A stretch of DNA of 64,000 nt from an uncultured delta proteobacterium (GCA_963808235.1 CAWEEQ010000004.1:384001-448000), one strand, 5' to 3'. Shown: positions 29,736-41,100, numbered from the stretch's first letter. The notes: a model not told the origin generated them from the letters alone. Translations and numbers: made by a program.

Positions 29736-30559
29736 TATCGTTTCTCCAGACGCTCCAGCGCGCCACGCGCCGCGCGCGAAAGCGATTCGTCTGACTCGTC
29801 TGCTGCTGCGGTTCTGAGTGCCGCCGCCGCGAGCGGCGAACTGTTTTGAAAATTTCCGAGCGCGACCGCCGCCGCGCGGCGCACGCCCGGATCGGGATCC
29901 GATTCGAGGAATCTTAGCGCGAGCTCCGCGGCCGCATCGCTCGCGTCGGTAAGGCCCGTCAGCACCGCGAGCGACGCGAGCCGAACATGAACGTCGGGGT
30001 CTCTGACTGCGCGTTGCAAGACTGCGAGCAGTTCTGCGCCGCGGATACCCAGGTCGCGGATACAATAGAGCGCCATCTTCCGCGCGTTTCGATCGCTATC
30101 GGCGCCGAGCGCAATCAACCGCCCGCGAATTTCATCGGGAAAGTCCCGGCCGAGGCGAACGATCAAATTCGCCGCCGCCCACCGGATATCGCCGTCGTCA
30201 TCGGAGAGCGCCTCGCAGAGCGCGTCTGCGAGGTGCATCGTAAACGCCGCCCCGCCGATTTGCGCGAGAGCGTACGCCGCGCCCCACCGGATACGACGAT
30301 CGTCGCCACCCATCGAGCTGCGCAGTCGTTCGACAATACGCACGTCGCCCGATTCCGCCACCGCCGCGAGCGCATCGATTGCGCGCCGCTGTATCGTCTT
30401 TTGCGGCGCGCCGACGCATCTGAGAAGCCCGTCGAGCACGTTATCGGAGAGCGGCTCGGCTGGCGCCGACAAGATCAGATCGATCGCGCGCAGCCGGCGC
30501 CCGGGATCACTGTCGTTGAGCTCGTCCGCAACTCGCCCATCTTTCAACGCGATGCTCAA
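29735..30559 (-). CDS. HEAT-repeat protein
   Basis: repeated D.D..(V/I)R..AA..L helices. Confidence 0.85.
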   Translation of the reverse strand: MSIALKDGRVADELNDSDPGRRLRAIDLILSAPAEPLSDNVLDGLLRCVGAPQKTIQRRAIDALAAVAESGDVRIVERLRSSMGGDDRRIRWGAAYALAQIGGAAFTMHLADALCEALSDDDGDIRWAAANLIVRLGRDFPDEIRGRLIALGADSDRNARKMALYCIRDLGIRGAELLAVLQRAVRDPDVHVRLASLAVLTGLTDASDAAAELALRFLESDPDPGVRRAAAVALGNFQNSSPLAAAALRTAAADESDESLSRAARGALERLEKR

Positions 30560-31614
30560 TCCACACCCGCGATGAGATTCACCAGGTTCGAGAGCTCACC
30601 AGCACCGAGAAAAAAATTGTCGCTGCGTCCAAAAATCTTCGTGACCGCATGCGCCACCGATCCGAGGTCAAGCCGTTTGCCGCGGAGTTCAGTTTCGAGT
30701 TCCGCGATCGCCGACGAATTCGCGATGAAATCTCCACTCAAAGTGGCGGCCGCAATAGTGCCGCCGGGTTCAAACCCAACTTCAGCTTCGATCGTACCGA
30801 GCTGCGCCGCAATGCGATTTTTCTTGATTGCTTTCGACCGAAGGGCGAGTGAGATCCGGCAATTGAGCCATCCCGAGGCGACCAGCTCGCGCCCGCTACG
30901 TTCCGCCTGCGCCATCTCGCCGGGATTCAACTCTCGCGTCCGAGTCTCGCCGAGCAGGCCCTGGTAACCGGTCGCGATCGCGTCGGCGAGCTTATCGAAT
31001 ACAATCTCCCGGCCGAGCTCGCGCGCCAGTTTCGTCGCCGACTCGGGCGTATACATCCGGCACGGCACCGCGCCGTCGGGATCGATCTGCTCTAAATCAT
31101 GAACCACGTCTTCCATCCCGCGATTCACCGCGAGCATCGATTCGAAAAGCATCGCACCAGACGCGTCGGTTTCGAAGCTGCACATGGCGACCTCGCGATG
31201 CTCAAATGTTATCGCGTCGCGCCCGGGGTAGAAACAATCGAGTCCGAGCGAGCGCAGGCCGCCGAGTAGCCCGCGCGCGTAACGGTTCAGGATTTGGTCG
31301 GGCTTCAGGGGTGCATTGTCAACCTTCAGCAAAGCGGTGCGATTCGGGAGGATCAGCGCGAGCCCGAGCCATCCATCGCCGGCGCCGACGACGCGGCCTC
31401 CGGTTAACCTCCGAAACGCGCCGATTCCCGCCCGTTCCGCGCCGCCGGCATATAGATGATAGCGGCCGATCGAGATGTAGCGCCCCGGCGACGAATAGAT
31501 GAGCAGGGCCGGCGGCGTCTGCCGGGTGACGACTTGTTCGAGAAGATACAGCTCCAGGCCGACAAGTGAGATCGGTGCAAGCGCGGGCGCAAGGATCACA
31601 TCGAGGGCGGCCAT
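30556..31614 (-). CDS. lipoate-protein ligase A-like protein (degenerate active site)
   Basis: ISIGRYH, RRLTGG, C-terminal LSGDF domain. Confidence 0.7.
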   Translation of the reverse strand: MAALDVILAPALAPISLVGLELYLLEQVVTRQTPPALLIYSSPGRYISIGRYHLYAGGAERAGIGAFRRLTGGRVVGAGDGWLGLALILPNRTALLKVDNAPLKPDQILNRYARGLLGGLRSLGLDCFYPGRDAITFEHREVAMCSFETDASGAMLFESMLAVNRGMEDVVHDLEQIDPDGAVPCRMYTPESATKLARELGREIVFDKLADAIATGYQGLLGETRTRELNPGEMAQAERSGRELVASGWLNCRISLALRSKAIKKNRIAAQLGTIEAEVGFEPGGTIAAATLSGDFIANSSAIAELETELRGKRLDLGSVAHAVTKIFGRSDNFFLGAGELSNLVNLIAGVD

Positions 31615-31658
31615 CCTTCGATGCTATCCGCGCGAATTGCGGATCGGAAGGCGCGCCC

Positions 31659-32762
31659 TCAGCGCTCTTCGCCGAACAGAAAAATCGAAAACGCGATCAT
31701 GGTAAACATGAAGTTGGGCAGCCATGCCGCGATCATCGCGGGTAGCAGCCCCGATCGGCCGAGCGACGACGTGATTCCGAGCGACAGCCAGTAGCCGAAA
31801 CCGATCACGATCGCCAGGCCGAAGCTGCGCCCGAGACTCAAGTTGCGCGGCAAAGGATCGAGGCTGAGCGCCATCCCGAGAGCGACCATTATCAGGCACG
31901 CCAGCGGCATCGCGTATTTCAAATCGCGATCGACTACGTAGCCGCCCGGGTCGAGTCCCATGCTGCGCAAATCCGCTATATATCGATCGAGTTCCCAGAG
32001 GCTGAACTCCTCGGGATCGAACCGCAGCAAACCGAAGTCGGCCGGACTCAAGTCGAGATTGAGGTGCGGCGCTTCCGTGGTGGTAACTGCACCGCCCTCG
32101 GCGAGTTGGAACGAGCTCAGCCCGGTCGGAATCCACTGCCGCCCGTCCCACTTCGCGCTCTTGGCGTGGGCCAGGTCCTTCAGCCCAAATTGATCGTCGA
32201 GCTGATAATGCGTAACGCCCCCGATTCGGCCCTGCGTCTTGTCGTAGTTCTCGACCGAGATAAATCCGTCGCGCACCCGCACCCAGATTCGCCGGTTCGC
32301 AAACACAGCTCGTAGCTGGCGCTTCTTGAGCTCCACCGAGTAGATATATTTCGCCTGGCGGGTCGCGGCGGGAACGATCGTCTCGCTGACTATAAAATCG
32401 AATCCCGAAATCAGGACCGCGACCACCAGCACCGGCACCGCCATCTCGAGCCGGCTGATGCCGAGTTGCTGGCACGCAAGCACTTCGCCCGAGCGATTGA
32501 GCAGCGCGAAGCCGAGCAACACGCCGGCCAGGCTCGCGACCGGCAGAACCTGCGAAACGATTAGCGGCAGCTTGAGCGCGAAGTACTCGAGACCGAGCAG
32601 TCCGAGTCCTCCGTAGTGAATCAGGTCGTCGAAACGATCGAACATGTCGCCGAGCAGGTATGCTGCCGTGAACGCCGCCAGGCAAACCATGAACGGGCCG
32701 AAAAATTGCCCTGCGATAAAACGATCCATCACCGGCGAGAGGCGGGGGCGTAGTCTGCTCAT
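31659..32762 (-). CDS. lptG: LPS export ABC permease LptG
   Basis: LNRSGEVLACQQLGIS, AAWLPN; follows lptF. Confidence 0.9.
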   Translation of the reverse strand: MSRLRPRLSPVMDRFIAGQFFGPFMVCLAAFTAAYLLGDMFDRFDDLIHYGGLGLLGLEYFALKLPLIVSQVLPVASLAGVLLGFALLNRSGEVLACQQLGISRLEMAVPVLVVAVLISGFDFIVSETIVPAATRQAKYIYSVELKKRQLRAVFANRRIWVRVRDGFISVENYDKTQGRIGGVTHYQLDDQFGLKDLAHAKSAKWDGRQWIPTGLSSFQLAEGGAVTTTEAPHLNLDLSPADFGLLRFDPEEFSLWELDRYIADLRSMGLDPGGYVVDRDLKYAMPLACLIMVALGMALSLDPLPRNLSLGRSFGLAIVIGFGYWLSLGITSSLGRSGLLPAMIAAWLPNFMFTMIAFSIFLFGEER

Positions 32763-33955
32763 GCGGCCTGCCGGCTGCGCTCGTAGCGCTCAACGAGATC
32801 CCAAATCAGGTCGCCCGGACCGCGGCCCTGGTTACCTCGGTCCGTGGCGGCGCGATAGAAGAGCCAAATCGCCAGCACGGTGAACACGATGTCCGGGATG
32901 CTCATCGCGGCGAATGCGTTCAGCTTCCCGCGCTGCGCCAGCGTCTCGCCCACTCGCATCAGCGAGTAATAGAGAAAGAACAGCGCGACGCTGACCCCGA
33001 AGCGCTCCGAATGTCCGCCGCGCGCCGGTTTCAGACCGAGCGAAACGCCTAGCAGCGCAAACAGCATCGTCGCGAATGGAACCGTGAACTTGCCCGCGAG
33101 TTCGGTCTCGGCCTCGTAGTCGCGCTTCCCCGACGCGAGTGCCACCGCGATCGTCTTGCGCAACTCCGCGTACGTCATCTCGCCCGGATCCTGGTCGCTG
33201 ACGCCGAGCGACTCCTCGGGATTCACGCTCAGATCGTACGTCTTGAAGCTCGTCACGTGGGTCGCATCGTTGCCTTGCTCGGTCCCGAAGACCGAACCGT
33301 CGTACAATCTGAGCGTGATCGAAGTACCGTGCGCCTCGGGCAGAATAACTCCATGCTTGGCGATTATCGTGTTCTGTTGATGCGGATCGCGCGCGTCGGA
33401 AATCATCACGCCTTTCAGACTCGAATCCACGTCGGACATCTCGTCGATATACACGATCAGTCCGGGAAAATTGTCGTTGAAAATTTTTTCCTTGAGACCG
33501 GCGCTGGTGCGGGTCTGGCTGAGCTCGTACAGCTTCTGGCGCAGATGCCCATTCGCCCACGGCCGCAGCGAGAACGCGAAGTAACTCGAAATCGCGTACA
33601 CCATCAACGCCACCCACATCACCGGAATCGCCAGCCGGTAGAGGCTGACTCCGCAGGCGCGCGCCGCGATCATCTCCTGGTCGCTCGACATCCGCCCGAA
33701 TCCCATCAACACGCCCAGCAATACCGCCATCGGAAACGTGAGTTCGAGGAACGCGGGCATGATGTAGCCGATTATCCGCGTCACCTCACCCAGGCTCACG
33801 CCGTGATTCACCACCATGTCCGAGAGCTTCAGCAGCCGGCCCGTCACCAGCGCAAACGTGAGCAGGCCGACTCCGACCGCGAACGGCGCAAGAACTTCGC
33901 GCGCGACGTAACGGTCGATTATCGCAAAACCCGGTATCGCGAGTGTGAGTCTCAA
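32759..33955 (-). CDS. lptF: LPS export ABC permease LptF
   Basis: IDRYVAREV, GRMSSDQEMIAARACGVS. Confidence 0.9.
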   Translation of the reverse strand: MRLTLAIPGFAIIDRYVAREVLAPFAVGVGLLTFALVTGRLLKLSDMVVNHGVSLGEVTRIIGYIMPAFLELTFPMAVLLGVLMGFGRMSSDQEMIAARACGVSLYRLAIPVMWVALMVYAISSYFAFSLRPWANGHLRQKLYELSQTRTSAGLKEKIFNDNFPGLIVYIDEMSDVDSSLKGVMISDARDPHQQNTIIAKHGVILPEAHGTSITLRLYDGSVFGTEQGNDATHVTSFKTYDLSVNPEESLGVSDQDPGEMTYAELRKTIAVALASGKRDYEAETELAGKFTVPFATMLFALLGVSLGLKPARGGHSERFGVSVALFFLYYSLMRVGETLAQRGKLNAFAAMSIPDIVFTVLAIWLFYRAATDRGNQGRGPGDLIWDLVERYERSRQAA

Positions 33956-34110
33956 TGCGGTCGCAACCAGCCTCGATCGATATGAGGCGCCGCTTAAGTC
34001 TAGACGCTGGAATGCTCGATTGAAACTTGTCGATTGAAACTTGTGGACTGCGGAAATTGCGTCTGGTCATGAAGTCGCAAGCCGCGCGCTCTGATAGTAT
34101 CGCTGCTGCG

Positions 34111-34974
34111 ATGAAAGATTTTCGGGACAAGGACCGCAGTCCGCGCTTCAATCGTAACGCGCCGAAATCGCCGCGTCGCGCGATGCCGCAAACATCGGCA
34201 CACCCCGCGCCACTTCCTCACGCGGATCGCGCCGCCGCCAACGAGCGCGAAATAGTTTACGGTGTCGAGCCGATTCGCGAGCTGATCGCGGCCGCGCCCG
34301 CCTCGATTCGAGTGCTGTACGTGAAGTCTGGGGACGAGCGCCGCTTCGCCGCCGAGATCGATCGCGTCCGCACCGGCGGCGGACGCGTCGAATTTGCCGA
34401 CGACAGCGGCCTCGAGCGACTTGCCGGCTCGACCGCGCGCCATCAGGGTATAGCGGCCTTGATGCGCGAGTACGAGTACGCGCCGCTGGGAACTCTCCTC
34501 GCCGAAAAACCCGATCCGATTGTGCTGGTCGACGGCGTTACCGATCCGCGCAACCTGGGCGCCCTGATGCGCTCGGCGGAAGGCGCAGGCGTCACTGCAC
34601 TGGTACTCGCGCGCGACCGGACCGCCGGCGTCACGCCGGCAGCGGTCAAGTCGTCTTCGGGTGCGTGGATACATTTGAAGATCGCGCGATGCGGCAACGT
34701 GGCGCGAACTATCGAGCAATTGAAGGAGGCCGGCTACTGGACTGCGGCGCTCGCTCCGGGCGGCGCAACTTCAATCTACGACCTCGACGCCACGCGCAGA
34801 CTCGCGCTCATCGTGGGTTCGGAAGGCCGCGGCGTCCGCCACATTGTCGAGAAGACCGCCGACTTCGTAGTCGACATCCCGATGCGCGGTAAAGTCGGCT
34901 CGCTAAACGTCTCGGTCGCCGCGGCAGTGGCTCTATTCGAGATCGCCCGCCGCCGCGCATCTGTCAACCAGTAG
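34111..34974 (+). CDS. rlmB: 23S rRNA Gm2251 2'-O-methyltransferase (TrmH family)
   Basis: HQGI, DPRNLGA..RSA, GSEGRG, IPM.G.VGSLNVSVA. Confidence 0.9.
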   Translation: MKDFRDKDRSPRFNRNAPKSPRRAMPQTSAHPAPLPHADRAAANEREIVYGVEPIRELIAAAPASIRVLYVKSGDERRFAAEIDRVRTGGGRVEFADDSGLERLAGSTARHQGIAALMREYEYAPLGTLLAEKPDPIVLVDGVTDPRNLGALMRSAEGAGVTALVLARDRTAGVTPAAVKSSSGAWIHLKIARCGNVARTIEQLKEAGYWTAALAPGGATSIYDLDATRRLALIVGSEGRGVRHIVEKTADFVVDIPMRGKVGSLNVSVAAAVALFEIARRRASVNQ

Positions 34975-36247
34975 CGCCGAGCTTGTATCGAATCGGCATA
35001 TGCTTGATTCCGCCCACGAAGCTCGAGCGCAATCGCTCGACCGGGCCGGCCAGTTCCGCACTCTCGAGCCGCTTTGCGAGGCGGGCGAAAACTGCCTCCA
35101 GCTCCAGCCGCGCCAGATGCGAGCCCAGGCAAAAATGTTCGCCGATTCCGAACCCGAGATGAGAATTAGGATCGCGTGCGAGGTCGAACTTGAACGGCTC
35201 CGCAAATAGATCCTGGTCGCGATTCGCCGACGGATAGAAAAGGCATACCGACTCGCCGGCGCGAATCTTCTCGCCGCGAACCTCGGTGTCCGCGGCGGCG
35301 GTGCGTGCGAACTGGATCACCGGCGAAGTCCAGCGCACGATTTCCTCGATCGCGGATTTAATCAGTTCCGGATTTTTCTTCAGCCGCTGGAATTGTTGCG
35401 GATGTTCGATCATCGCCAGCAGCCCGCCGGTGGTCGCGTTGCGGGTGGTCTCGTTGCCAGCCACCACCAGGATCAAAAGGTACGACAACAGTTCAAGCGT
35501 CGGGATCGGTTCTCCGTTGATCTTCGCGTTCGCGACGATACTGGTGACATCGTTGCCGGGAGTTTTCTTTTTCTGCGCGACCATGTCGGTGAAATACTGA
35601 AACATCTCCATTCGCGCCTGCGCGAATGTCTCCAGAGTCTTGTCACTTCGCTGAAACTCGGGATCCTCGCCGCCGATAAGCTCGTTGGTCCATCTGAACA
35701 GCCGTGGCCAATCCGGGCGCGGCACCCCGAGCATCTTCGCGATCACCGCGACCGGAATTTTCGATGAGATCTCGGTCACGAAATCGCATTGCCTCCGATC
35801 CATCGCGTCGTCGAGAACCTGGTCGGTGATCCCGTAAACCTCCGCCTCGAGTTCCCGAATCGAACGCGGCGTGAAATAGCGATTCAATATCGCCCGGTAC
35901 TCGCCATGCTGCGGCGGATCCATGTTCAACAGATGGCGCAGGGTGAGCGCCTCCTGCGGCAGGCCGCCGTTACCCTCGCCCTCGCCAAACGTGAAAACCG
36001 CCAGGCGCGGCCGGTTCAGCCAGAGTCGCGGCTGCTTGCTGATTTCCATGATGTCGGCAGCCCGGGTAATCGCATAAAACGGCTCGACGCTTGTGCGCTC
36101 AACCTTGAAGACAGGTTTGTTGCGGCGCAGGTACGTCCATTCCGCGTGGGGATAGCCGTGCTTCTGGTAACGGTCCGGGCTAATTATGTCGATCGTGTCG
36201 AGTGAGAAATCGGAGCCGCCAACAGCAGGGTTGTTTGTCGCTTCCAT
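34964..36247 (-). CDS. cytochrome P450
   Basis: AGNETT, EEIVR, FGIGEHFCLG heme ligand. Confidence 0.95.
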   Translation of the reverse strand: MEATNNPAVGGSDFSLDTIDIISPDRYQKHGYPHAEWTYLRRNKPVFKVERTSVEPFYAITRAADIMEISKQPRLWLNRPRLAVFTFGEGEGNGGLPQEALTLRHLLNMDPPQHGEYRAILNRYFTPRSIRELEAEVYGITDQVLDDAMDRRQCDFVTEISSKIPVAVIAKMLGVPRPDWPRLFRWTNELIGGEDPEFQRSDKTLETFAQARMEMFQYFTDMVAQKKKTPGNDVTSIVANAKINGEPIPTLELLSYLLILVVAGNETTRNATTGGLLAMIEHPQQFQRLKKNPELIKSAIEEIVRWTSPVIQFARTAAADTEVRGEKIRAGESVCLFYPSANRDQDLFAEPFKFDLARDPNSHLGFGIGEHFCLGSHLARLELEAVFARLAKRLESAELAGPVERLRSSFVGGIKHMPIRYKLGATG

Positions 36248-36363
36248 GTGACCGGCGTTAATCCTCGACGATTGAAGCTTCGATGACGCGGAAACGTATC
36301 TACCGCTATTTTGCTCGAACGTTCAAATGCAACGGAGACGGGCGGAGGATTTGGAAGAATCTA

Positions 36364-36657
36364 TTAGGGTTTTCGATGGTTGGCGTACTTGGTCTGAAGT
36401 GCTTTCTTGATCGTGTTCATCCAGTTTTTTTCCGACTGCTTCGCGATTTTGCCAACCCCGCCAACCTGCTGGCTGGCCTGCTTCATCTGAGCTTTCAGCA
36501 GATGGGCGCCCTTGGCCAGTTCAGCGTTCATGATATGGGCGTTATGATCCGCGAGCGTCCCGGCAATGAGTTTCAGCTCATGCTGAATCCGATCTGCGTA
36601 AACCCGGGCCCATTCAAGATCGATTAAGACGCTGCTCAGCGAGTTATTCTTGGGCAT
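36364..36657 (-). CDS. hypothetical helical protein
   Basis: 97-aa ORF, no motif recognised. Confidence 0.45.
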   Translation of the reverse strand: MPKNNSLSSVLIDLEWARVYADRIQHELKLIAGTLADHNAHIMNAELAKGAHLLKAQMKQASQQVGGVGKIAKQSEKNWMNTIKKALQTKYANHRKP

Positions 36658-36775
36658 GGTTCATTAGATTGTAGAATCCGGGTCGATCCGGCAACCCCGT
36701 TGAGGGAAATCCGGTTCTCTGAGGAACTCTGGAGACCGTCGGGAAAAGCACAATCGCCATAGCGTCGAAACGCCC

Positions 36776-36808
36776 CAAGAATCATCTATTCCGCAAGAAT
36801 CATCTATT
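36776..36808. repeat. 15-bp direct repeat CAAGAATCATCTATT x2
   Basis: exact copies at 36776-36790 and 36794-36808 in a divergent intergenic region. Confidence 0.8.
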
Positions 36809-36914
36809 AAGGAGCGGTTGCACTCGAAAACGCGAGCCCTAGCATCATCGCAGCGTTTGCGCTAAATAACGTCGGTCAGAAATTTACAAATTTGTCGCTC
36901 GGGGGAGGGATACG

Positions 36915-37406
36915 ATGTTAAGGAAATCAGGTCTCGTGATTGCCTGCACCGCGCTGGCGATGTTCGCGATCGGACGAGTCGAGAGCCTCGCCGCGCACCG
37001 CGGCTTTGCCGGCTCCACGGCTTGTGCTCAGAGTTGGGACGATCCGGCCGACGATACCGCCGCCGGTTCTCCATCGACACTGCCGAATATCGCCGGGAGT
37101 TACACGGGGAACGTGAGCGATCACCGGTTCGGTGACGGAACAATTTCGGCGACCATCAGTCAGGGAGGGCCGAGCGGGGGTGTGCTCTCCGGATCTTGGG
37201 ATACGGACATTGGTGGCGGGGTAACCGGAGCTCCCTTGAAGGGGAAAGTCAAACCAAACAACGCTGTTACCCTGAAATTGAAGATACACGGTAACTGCGG
37301 CCTCATTGCCCACGGCACTTTTGAGAACGGGGACGAAATCAAGGGCGTTTACCATGCGTTCGGATGCGGCGGGCCCGACCACGGCAATTTCGACATCTTT
37401 GACTAA
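36915..37406 (+). CDS. secreted hypothetical beta-rich protein
   Basis: GGGGGAGG RBS, signal peptide, IAGSYTG...LSGSW pattern. Confidence 0.7.
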   Translation: MLRKSGLVIACTALAMFAIGRVESLAAHRGFAGSTACAQSWDDPADDTAAGSPSTLPNIAGSYTGNVSDHRFGDGTISATISQGGPSGGVLSGSWDTDIGGGVTGAPLKGKVKPNNAVTLKLKIHGNCGLIAHGTFENGDEIKGVYHAFGCGGPDHGNFDIFD

Positions 37407-37540
37407 GGGCTCTGATCCTTCGACGGCGCAGTTTCCGGCCTCGGCTCTATCGCTGGCAGCATTTCGCCGCGCGACTCTGATCGCGCGGGGGAAAGGCCCC
37501 GCTCAGCTAAATCGCCTCGGCTCTTAATACTCACCGGAGG

Positions 37541-38149
37541 TCACTTTGCTGACGGGAACGGAAGCAAATCCTCCCGCCACCAGATCAGGAACGAATCGCC
37601 GTCGAATATGTCCACGGCGACGCCAATCAAATTTTGGGCTAAATCCTCGACATCTCCGTCGGTTAGAAGTTTCTTTCGTTCTGAAGGCGAGGAAACGCAA
37701 AAGAACGCGGAGACTGGGAAGTAAGCCGACCAATGTGAGATGAGATCGTCAATTTCATTCTGAGGGATGTCAGATCCCTTGAGTTCCCAGCAGAGTTCTT
37801 TGTCGTAAAAAATCGCTCGGTCCTTATACTCGTACTCTTCCCATCCGGGACGCGAAAAGAAATTGACATGATCATGCAGTAGGACTGTGCAATTTGGATT
37901 CCTTGTGAATTTCTTTACAATTTTACCTAGGAGCTGAGTCGCACCAGAGGGATCGACTAGCGGAATTTCCGATCCGAAATCCGAAAGTTGATCCGCGTCG
38001 ACGGAGTCTGGCGCGATAACGAAAAAGCTTCCGCGCAGAAAACCGCCGGTTTTTGCTAGAAGTTTCGTGACGATCTCGTAACCGGGCGAGAGTTGGTAAA
38101 CTATGTACTTTTTAGCGTACGAGCCATCTCGAAGCTTTTGCACCTTCAT
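37541..38149 (-). CDS. candidate immunity protein of the RHS toxin
   Basis: low GC, directly downstream of toxin tip, aromatic-rich, start ATG 38149. Confidence 0.6.
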   Translation of the reverse strand: MKVQKLRDGSYAKKYIVYQLSPGYEIVTKLLAKTGGFLRGSFFVIAPDSVDADQLSDFGSEIPLVDPSGATQLLGKIVKKFTRNPNCTVLLHDHVNFFSRPGWEEYEYKDRAIFYDKELCWELKGSDIPQNEIDDLISHWSAYFPVSAFFCVSSPSERKKLLTDGDVEDLAQNLIGVAVDIFDGDSFLIWWREDLLPFPSAK

Positions 38150-38175
38150 CGTCCAACCCCTAAGGCAGTGCCAAA

Positions 38176-41100
38176 TCAGAATAGAGATTCTAAGATTTCG
38201 AAATCGAAGATCGTAGTCCAGCTTTGCGTTCCCTCCGACCATAGCTGAATTTTGCTTCCGTTCATCGTGAGACCGTATTTCTGTTTTCGTCCTCCCAGCA
38301 AATGCCGCTGCAAATCGTAGTGGTCTCCCTTTGGCAATCCGTGCGTTCCGAAGTCTGGATGAAGACCCCACCCTGTGACAGGGTCCAAGTAACTCCCCGA
38401 GTTAGATCCCTGCTTTCCACCTACCCAGAGCCACCCCGGTCCGGGTGGCACGCTCGGATCGGAGTTCAGAGGCGGAATTTCCACCATATTGTCGGTGTCG
38501 GCCGCCAGTAGAACGTCTCCGATCCGCTTGCCTTGTCCGAAGGACGGAATGTTGGAAACGCTAATAGCAGAAACGCTAATACCAGATAGGCCGGGAAGGT
38601 TTAGCGAAATTGATATGTCGCCAACATTTGCAAGTCCCTGTGGGAATTCGCAATCGATGCTTGCGCCAAGGAGGAACAAGCCGAGAGGATCGGTCCCATT
38701 CACCGGGTCATTGTTGGCATATCCGAAGATGTTGATGTCGCCGCCGCCAAGTCCAAGCGGATCCTCCGAGACGAAGCGCTGCAATCCGGGCGAGTAATAC
38801 CGCGCCCAGGTGTGATAGAGACCGCTGCTGTCGGATTCCATCCCTGCGAATTTGAACGGGTTAGCATTCGCCGCTCCACTTGTCGTGCTGCGGCCGAATG
38901 GCTCGTAGGTGTACTGCGTCGCGATCGTTCCCGTCGAGTCCACCAAACCGATCGTCGAGCCGATACCGTCAGTTAGAAGAACCACCAAACCCGATGAATC
39001 AGTTCGGGCAAAGATCTCGCCTGTGCCCGGCATTGCCAGTACGTCCGCAACTAACGTTCCATTGGTAGTCGTTCGCACTGGTATCACGCCATCGTACAGA
39101 TAGGAGCTAGTGGAGTTTGTCGACGGCGTTGATGAAGTCTCTCGCCTGCCGAGTGCATCGTAATTAAAGAACTCAGTCCTCATCAAAGATTCAAGCTGAT
39201 TCCGCTCATTCCAGTCCAGAGTACTAGGCGTGGGAATGGTCGGGTCGGCAAGCAGGTTGTTGGCCTGGTCAGAGTTCACGTTTGCACCATTCCAGACGGT
39301 CAATTGGTTACCACCGTTGTAGGTTGCGCTCACCGCGGCTGGCAGATTGACAGCGGCAAGACTGCCACCCACACCGACGATGCGGCCGTTCGGATCGTAG
39401 GTGTACGTCAGATTGCCCAGAGACCCCCCGAGCGTCGAGCTGTAGGCCAAGCTTGAGAGGTCCCACGCGGCATCATACGCATAAGCGACTGAGACGCCGT
39501 TAGGGAGCGTGAGATGTTTTCGCCGCCCGTCATTGTCGTATGTGATCGAAACGTTTGCACTTCCATTTGCCAACGTCAAAACATCGTCCGCGTTGTCGTA
39601 CGTATAGTTAACCTGCGGTTGCGATCCTGCCTGCATGCTGGTTCGCCGACCTGCCTTGTCGTACGTGTAAGTAACGGCGCCTTCGGTAGAAGTAAGCGAT
39701 GTGACTCGGTCGAGGCCATCGTATACGAACGTCTGCGTATTACCTGGCGTGCACTGCCACGAGGGCGGACAGCCTCCTCCACCCGTATCTACAAGCTGCG
39801 TGACCCGATCCGCACCGTCGTATGTATAAGTGACACTGGTCTGGAAAAAGGCATTATTGTTGCCGGAGTTGTATTTTATCTTGGTAAGGCGATTGAGCGC
39901 GTCGTAAGTAAATGAAGATACCAAACCTCGCTTATCGGTGTAGCTGGTAACGTTTCCTACAGGATCTAGAACATAGGTCTCGGTACCTCCAGCGCCAGAA
40001 GTTATCGAGACCGTAATCGGCGAAGAAAGCGAATAACCTATCCCTGATCCACCCGTCAGCCCGTACGGATAGGTGCCGAACCCGTAATTGATCAGTAAGC
40101 CAAGACCCTCATACTCAAAACTCCAGATGTCGCCGATTTCGTCTGTGACCACCGAAGGTTCATCGACACCGTTAAATGTTGTGTAAGTCCAGCTGCTCGT
40201 GTTCCGTAGCGGGTCCGTAGCTGAAATGACGCGTCCTATAGCGTCTTCGGCGACAGTCGAGACGTTGCCCAACGGATCGGTTAATGACGCAGGATCTTCG
40301 GACGAGTCGTACCCGAACTGCCAGGTATCAGGAGGCTGGTTTGGATCGGTTATCGATTTCAGCTGGCCCTGGTTGTTGTACGCGAGTGTCCAGTTATTTT
40401 GATTCGGATCGATGATGGTAGTGGCATTGCAGTTGGAGTCAAAGAGCATCGAAGGTCCGTGGCCTAGGGGGTCGGTCACGCTCGCAAGCTGACTGCACCG
40501 CGGCTCATAAGCATAGGTAGTCGTTACCGCATTCGACGTTCCGGACAACTTGGTCACACTCGTAAGATTGCCCAACGCGTCATAGGTATAACTCGTAACC
40601 CTGCCGATGTTATCCGTCACCGAGAGAATGTGATTGCTTGCGGTATCCCGCGTATATGTGGTCGTACTCGCAATGCTCGTACCGTTTGCTCTGATGTCGG
40701 ATGTCAAGTAGCCAGCATTATTGAAGGTATACTTTCGAACGTTCCCGTTGGGATCCGTCACCTTGTTGATCTGAATCTTCCCGCCCGCGAGGGTAATAGC
40801 GTATGACCAGGTTCCGGATGGAGTCACCATCTTAGACAAGCCGTGTTGACCACTCCAGGCGTTGGCGTAAGTCAGAGTCGTGCTGGTATTAACGAAGAGT
40901 GAAACCCACTGGGTCAGAGTCTGAATATCGCCAAGTTGGGCGGAACTGCCGTACGCAAAGGTCTCGCCACCTGAGTCTACGCTAGTCAAACGATGCTGAG
41001 AGTCATATGCGTAGGTATGAGACGTCCCGGAATTGTCGGTTGCTTCGGTGATCTGATGGGGGTTGGCTGAATCGGTGTAAGATAGATTTATGTAGCGGTT

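Noticed and set aside
37410-37525. second REP-like element (GATCCTTCGAC...GCTCAG)
   Set aside because: Similarity to 471-504 is limited to about 9 nt, not enough to call.
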